A stretch of 64,000 nucleotides of DNA from a virus. The notes below the pieces were generated by a model that was not told where the DNA came from, did not search any database, and worked only from the letters and a program-made list of their open reading frames with translations. Within the stretch, counting starts at the first letter, position 1. Each line of letters starts with the position of its first letter. Location of the stretch: IMG/VR virus record IMGVR_UViG_3300032272_000003, positions 64,001-128,000 of that record; one strand, given 5' to 3'. Shown here piece by piece: positions 62,145-64,000 of the stretch. The position numbers and the translations under genes are program-made.

Positions 62145-62608
62145 GAATAGATGAGTTATTTTTGGTTGAAGCATCAATCGGTCGAGTGATGAAGCATGTA
62201 CAGGATTCAGAATCCTTTGCTATCATGACATCGTGGAGAGTTGAGAACGACATACAAAAGAACATCTCGGATTTCAAACGTCTTCAGTCAATGATTCGTG
62301 CCGAAGGGTTGGGATACATTCACTTGGATGGCCATGGCCAGGAAGAAGATGAGACCGGTCGTGTGGTTGATGTGAAGGAACCATCACTACTGATACCTAA
62401 CATCTCATTGGCATCTGCGGAACGTCTCATGAAGACATTCAACCAGTTTGGTATCGTATATCGTGGTTCAGAGACTAATGAAAAGGTTAGCCTGATTGAA
62501 CAGGGCGGCAAGCAAACCAAGCTCGGTAGCTTCCATCCTAATAAGGTTGCTCAATTCTTCAGTAAGATCAAAGGCCGTCCGTTCGTATTCGAATCTCAGG
62601 ACTGGTAA
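62135..62608 (+). CDS. SAM-lyase-like (T3 SAMase/DUF3293-like) protein
   Basis: TSWR...N...G.G.E...KEPSL...FNQ.GIVY...KLGSF motif order. Confidence 0.5.
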   Translation: MSVRIDELFLVEASIGRVMKHVQDSESFAIMTSWRVENDIQKNISDFKRLQSMIRAEGLGYIHLDGHGQEEDETGRVVDVKEPSLLIPNISLASAERLMKTFNQFGIVYRGSETNEKVSLIEQGGKQTKLGSFHPNKVAQFFSKIKGRPFVFESQDW

Positions 62609-62609
62609 C

Positions 62610-62960
62610 CTAAATGTAGCCGGGAGTCTCATTAACAATAATAGCAGCTATCTTCTCATACTGTTCGAGCGTGATCTTCGCACTATTCACTCGAAGATCA
62701 CGATCTATTCTTCCCTTTAGGTACTGACGCCTTATATGCTTTCTGGCGGCTTCTAAATCATCGGTATTACCAAGACGAATCGTGTCAATATTCCAACTGC
62801 CCATACCTACACGATAGCCGTCCTTCTTTCTGAACTTCATCCCGGTATCAGTGATAACCTGGGTCTTTGTAACCCGTTCAACCTTTAGTATACGTACACC
62901 ACCCCCATTGAACTCGAAAATAACCTCATCACCTACTTTAACACCAACCAAACTACTCAT
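62610..62960 (-). CDS. Hypothetical beta-barrel protein
   Basis: VKVGDEV...VERVTKTQV...KFRKKDG; SD AGGAG. Confidence 0.75.
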   Translation of the reverse strand: MSSLVGVKVGDEVIFEFNGGGVRILKVERVTKTQVITDTGMKFRKKDGYRVGMGSWNIDTIRLGNTDDLEAARKHIRRQYLKGRIDRDLRVNSAKITLEQYEKIAAIIVNETPGYI

Positions 62961-62969
62961 ATCAATCTC

Positions 62970-63341
62970 CTACATCGTTACCGCAAGGAATGCGGATTTC
63001 CAACTACCCAGCTCTTTGAATGACTTTAGTAGCTCTGACTGGAATGCTACGATGTCATCAGCCTCGGCACCATACTTGTCATTCTTGAATGAGATTGTGT
63101 AAAGTCCTGTGTTATCCTTGAAGAAGTAGTTCACGACGCTGAACTCAAACTCACTATACACGTCATTGTCTGATATCAGTATGTCGCCTGGCCGGAGTTC
63201 ATCACAATAATGTACTTCAGGACTATTCATAATATCTAACACAATACTATTACCTACCATATTTCTTATGAGATATCCATATATCGTTACCACTGATTCA
63301 GTATCAACACGATGGAGGTTGATGTCCTTAGTATCCATCAT
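62970..63341 (-). CDS. Hypothetical protein
   Basis: 123-aa ORF; ends WKSAFLAVTM. Confidence 0.7.
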   Translation of the reverse strand: MMDTKDINLHRVDTESVVTIYGYLIRNMVGNSIVLDIMNSPEVHYCDELRPGDILISDNDVYSEFEFSVVNYFFKDNTGLYTISFKNDKYGAEADDIVAFQSELLKSFKELGSWKSAFLAVTM

Positions 63342-63783
63342 GTTCCCACTGTTTTGTAGTCATATACTTGTTTGCCTTTTGAATGAAGATGTAGATTTGA
63401 TCTGATGTCTCTGGCTGGTCAATCAGTCGCTCAATATAGTCCCAGAGTGGTATATGATTCCAATTGGTCATGTAGTCTTCGAAGAACGTGTTTCGTTCAT
63501 TATCATCCTTGAAAGTCATTTTGAATGCAGTCTTGCCCTTTTTGAAATAGAAGCTGTTACCAGCAGTATCAACAACACATTCCATAGTAAAGAATAGCAA
63601 TTTGTTTTCGGTTGGATCGAAGTCCTCCACCTTGTCATACTTACCATAGAAGTCTTTTAACTTCACCGGATCACCAGTCCACGTTTGCGGCTCACCATAT
63701 TGATTCACATAGTGATACTCTGGGGCACTAATCTGCCATATCAAAGCATCCTTTTCAATTCTAGTTAGATTCCGTAAATTCAT
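63328..63783 (-). CDS. Hypothetical protein
   Basis: SD AGGAG; 151 aa. Confidence 0.75.
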   Translation of the reverse strand: MNLRNLTRIEKDALIWQISAPEYHYVNQYGEPQTWTGDPVKLKDFYGKYDKVEDFDPTENKLLFFTMECVVDTAGNSFYFKKGKTAFKMTFKDDNERNTFFEDYMTNWNHIPLWDYIERLIDQPETSDQIYIFIQKANKYMTTKQWEHDGY

Positions 63784-63791
63784 AAATTCTC

Positions 63792-63977
63792 CTAAAGCAT
63801 CATGGTTAATACAAATTCTTCAAAGGTAAGATCGATCTTACCACATTCCCAATCACGTAGTATTGCCATGCCATCATCACCACATTGTGGTATTGTCAGA
63901 CCAACATTATCACATTGTGGTATTGTCAGACCAACATTATCACATCTCTCAAATTCTATATAGAATAGTTGACCCAC
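63792..63977 (-). CDS. Hypothetical protein (start may lie beyond the window)
   Basis: Ends FEEFVLTMML; 30-bp tandem duplication at 63881-63940. Confidence 0.55.
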   Translation of the reverse strand: MGQLFYIEFERCDNVGLTIPQCDNVGLTIPQCGDDGMAILRDWECGKIDLTFEEFVLTMML

Positions 63978-64000
63978 ATCATCAACAACAATACCTTTAT

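Noticed and set aside
12927-62520. Numerous long antisense ORFs within structural genes (e.g. 12927, 13458, 19639, 47840, 54627)
   Set aside because: Mirror-frame artefacts of codon bias; they fully overlap well-supported genes
1-64000. tRNA, rRNA, CRISPR array, transposase or integrase
   Set aside because: No cloverleaf with a T-loop, repeat-spacer array or recombinase motifs recognised by eye; tRNAscan-SE/Infernal would be needed to exclude them formally

Overview
A 64 kb stretch of a large lytic T4-like myovirus genome, probably jumbo-type. An amidase endolysin and an Rz/Rz1-like spanin pair indicate a Gram-negative host. Recognisable core genes are: prohead protease gp21 (partial, missed by the ORF track), portal gp20, a gp2-like end protector, an Hjc-type resolvase, gp46/gp47, late sigma gp55, tail sheath and several tube-fold paralogues, baseplate (gp26, gp51, tape measure, gp48, gp53, gp27, gp5, gp25, gp6-like), tail and accessory fibres, a lysis cassette, large terminase gp17 and gp15. 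About 26 T4-type late promoters (NNTAAATA) precede the structural genes. Unexplained features: (1) about 45 small, translationally coupled, mostly antisense genes of at least three unrelated families share a C-terminal aromatic/His-x-Ala-x2-3-Leu-COOH tail, and two such islands split the baseplate operon; (2) six late genes start exactly at the predicted +1 and look leaderless, four of them back-to-back with overlapping sigma70 promoters; (3) two promoter-bounded structured non-coding elements display SD/GGA or anti-SD loops; (4) a perfect 56-bp inverted repeat has copies 48 kb apart, one beside an origin-like hairpin; (5) candidate capsid-packaged ADP-ribosyltransferase-like and SAM-lyase-like proteins. 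All family assignments come from motif recognition by eye; no database search was run.
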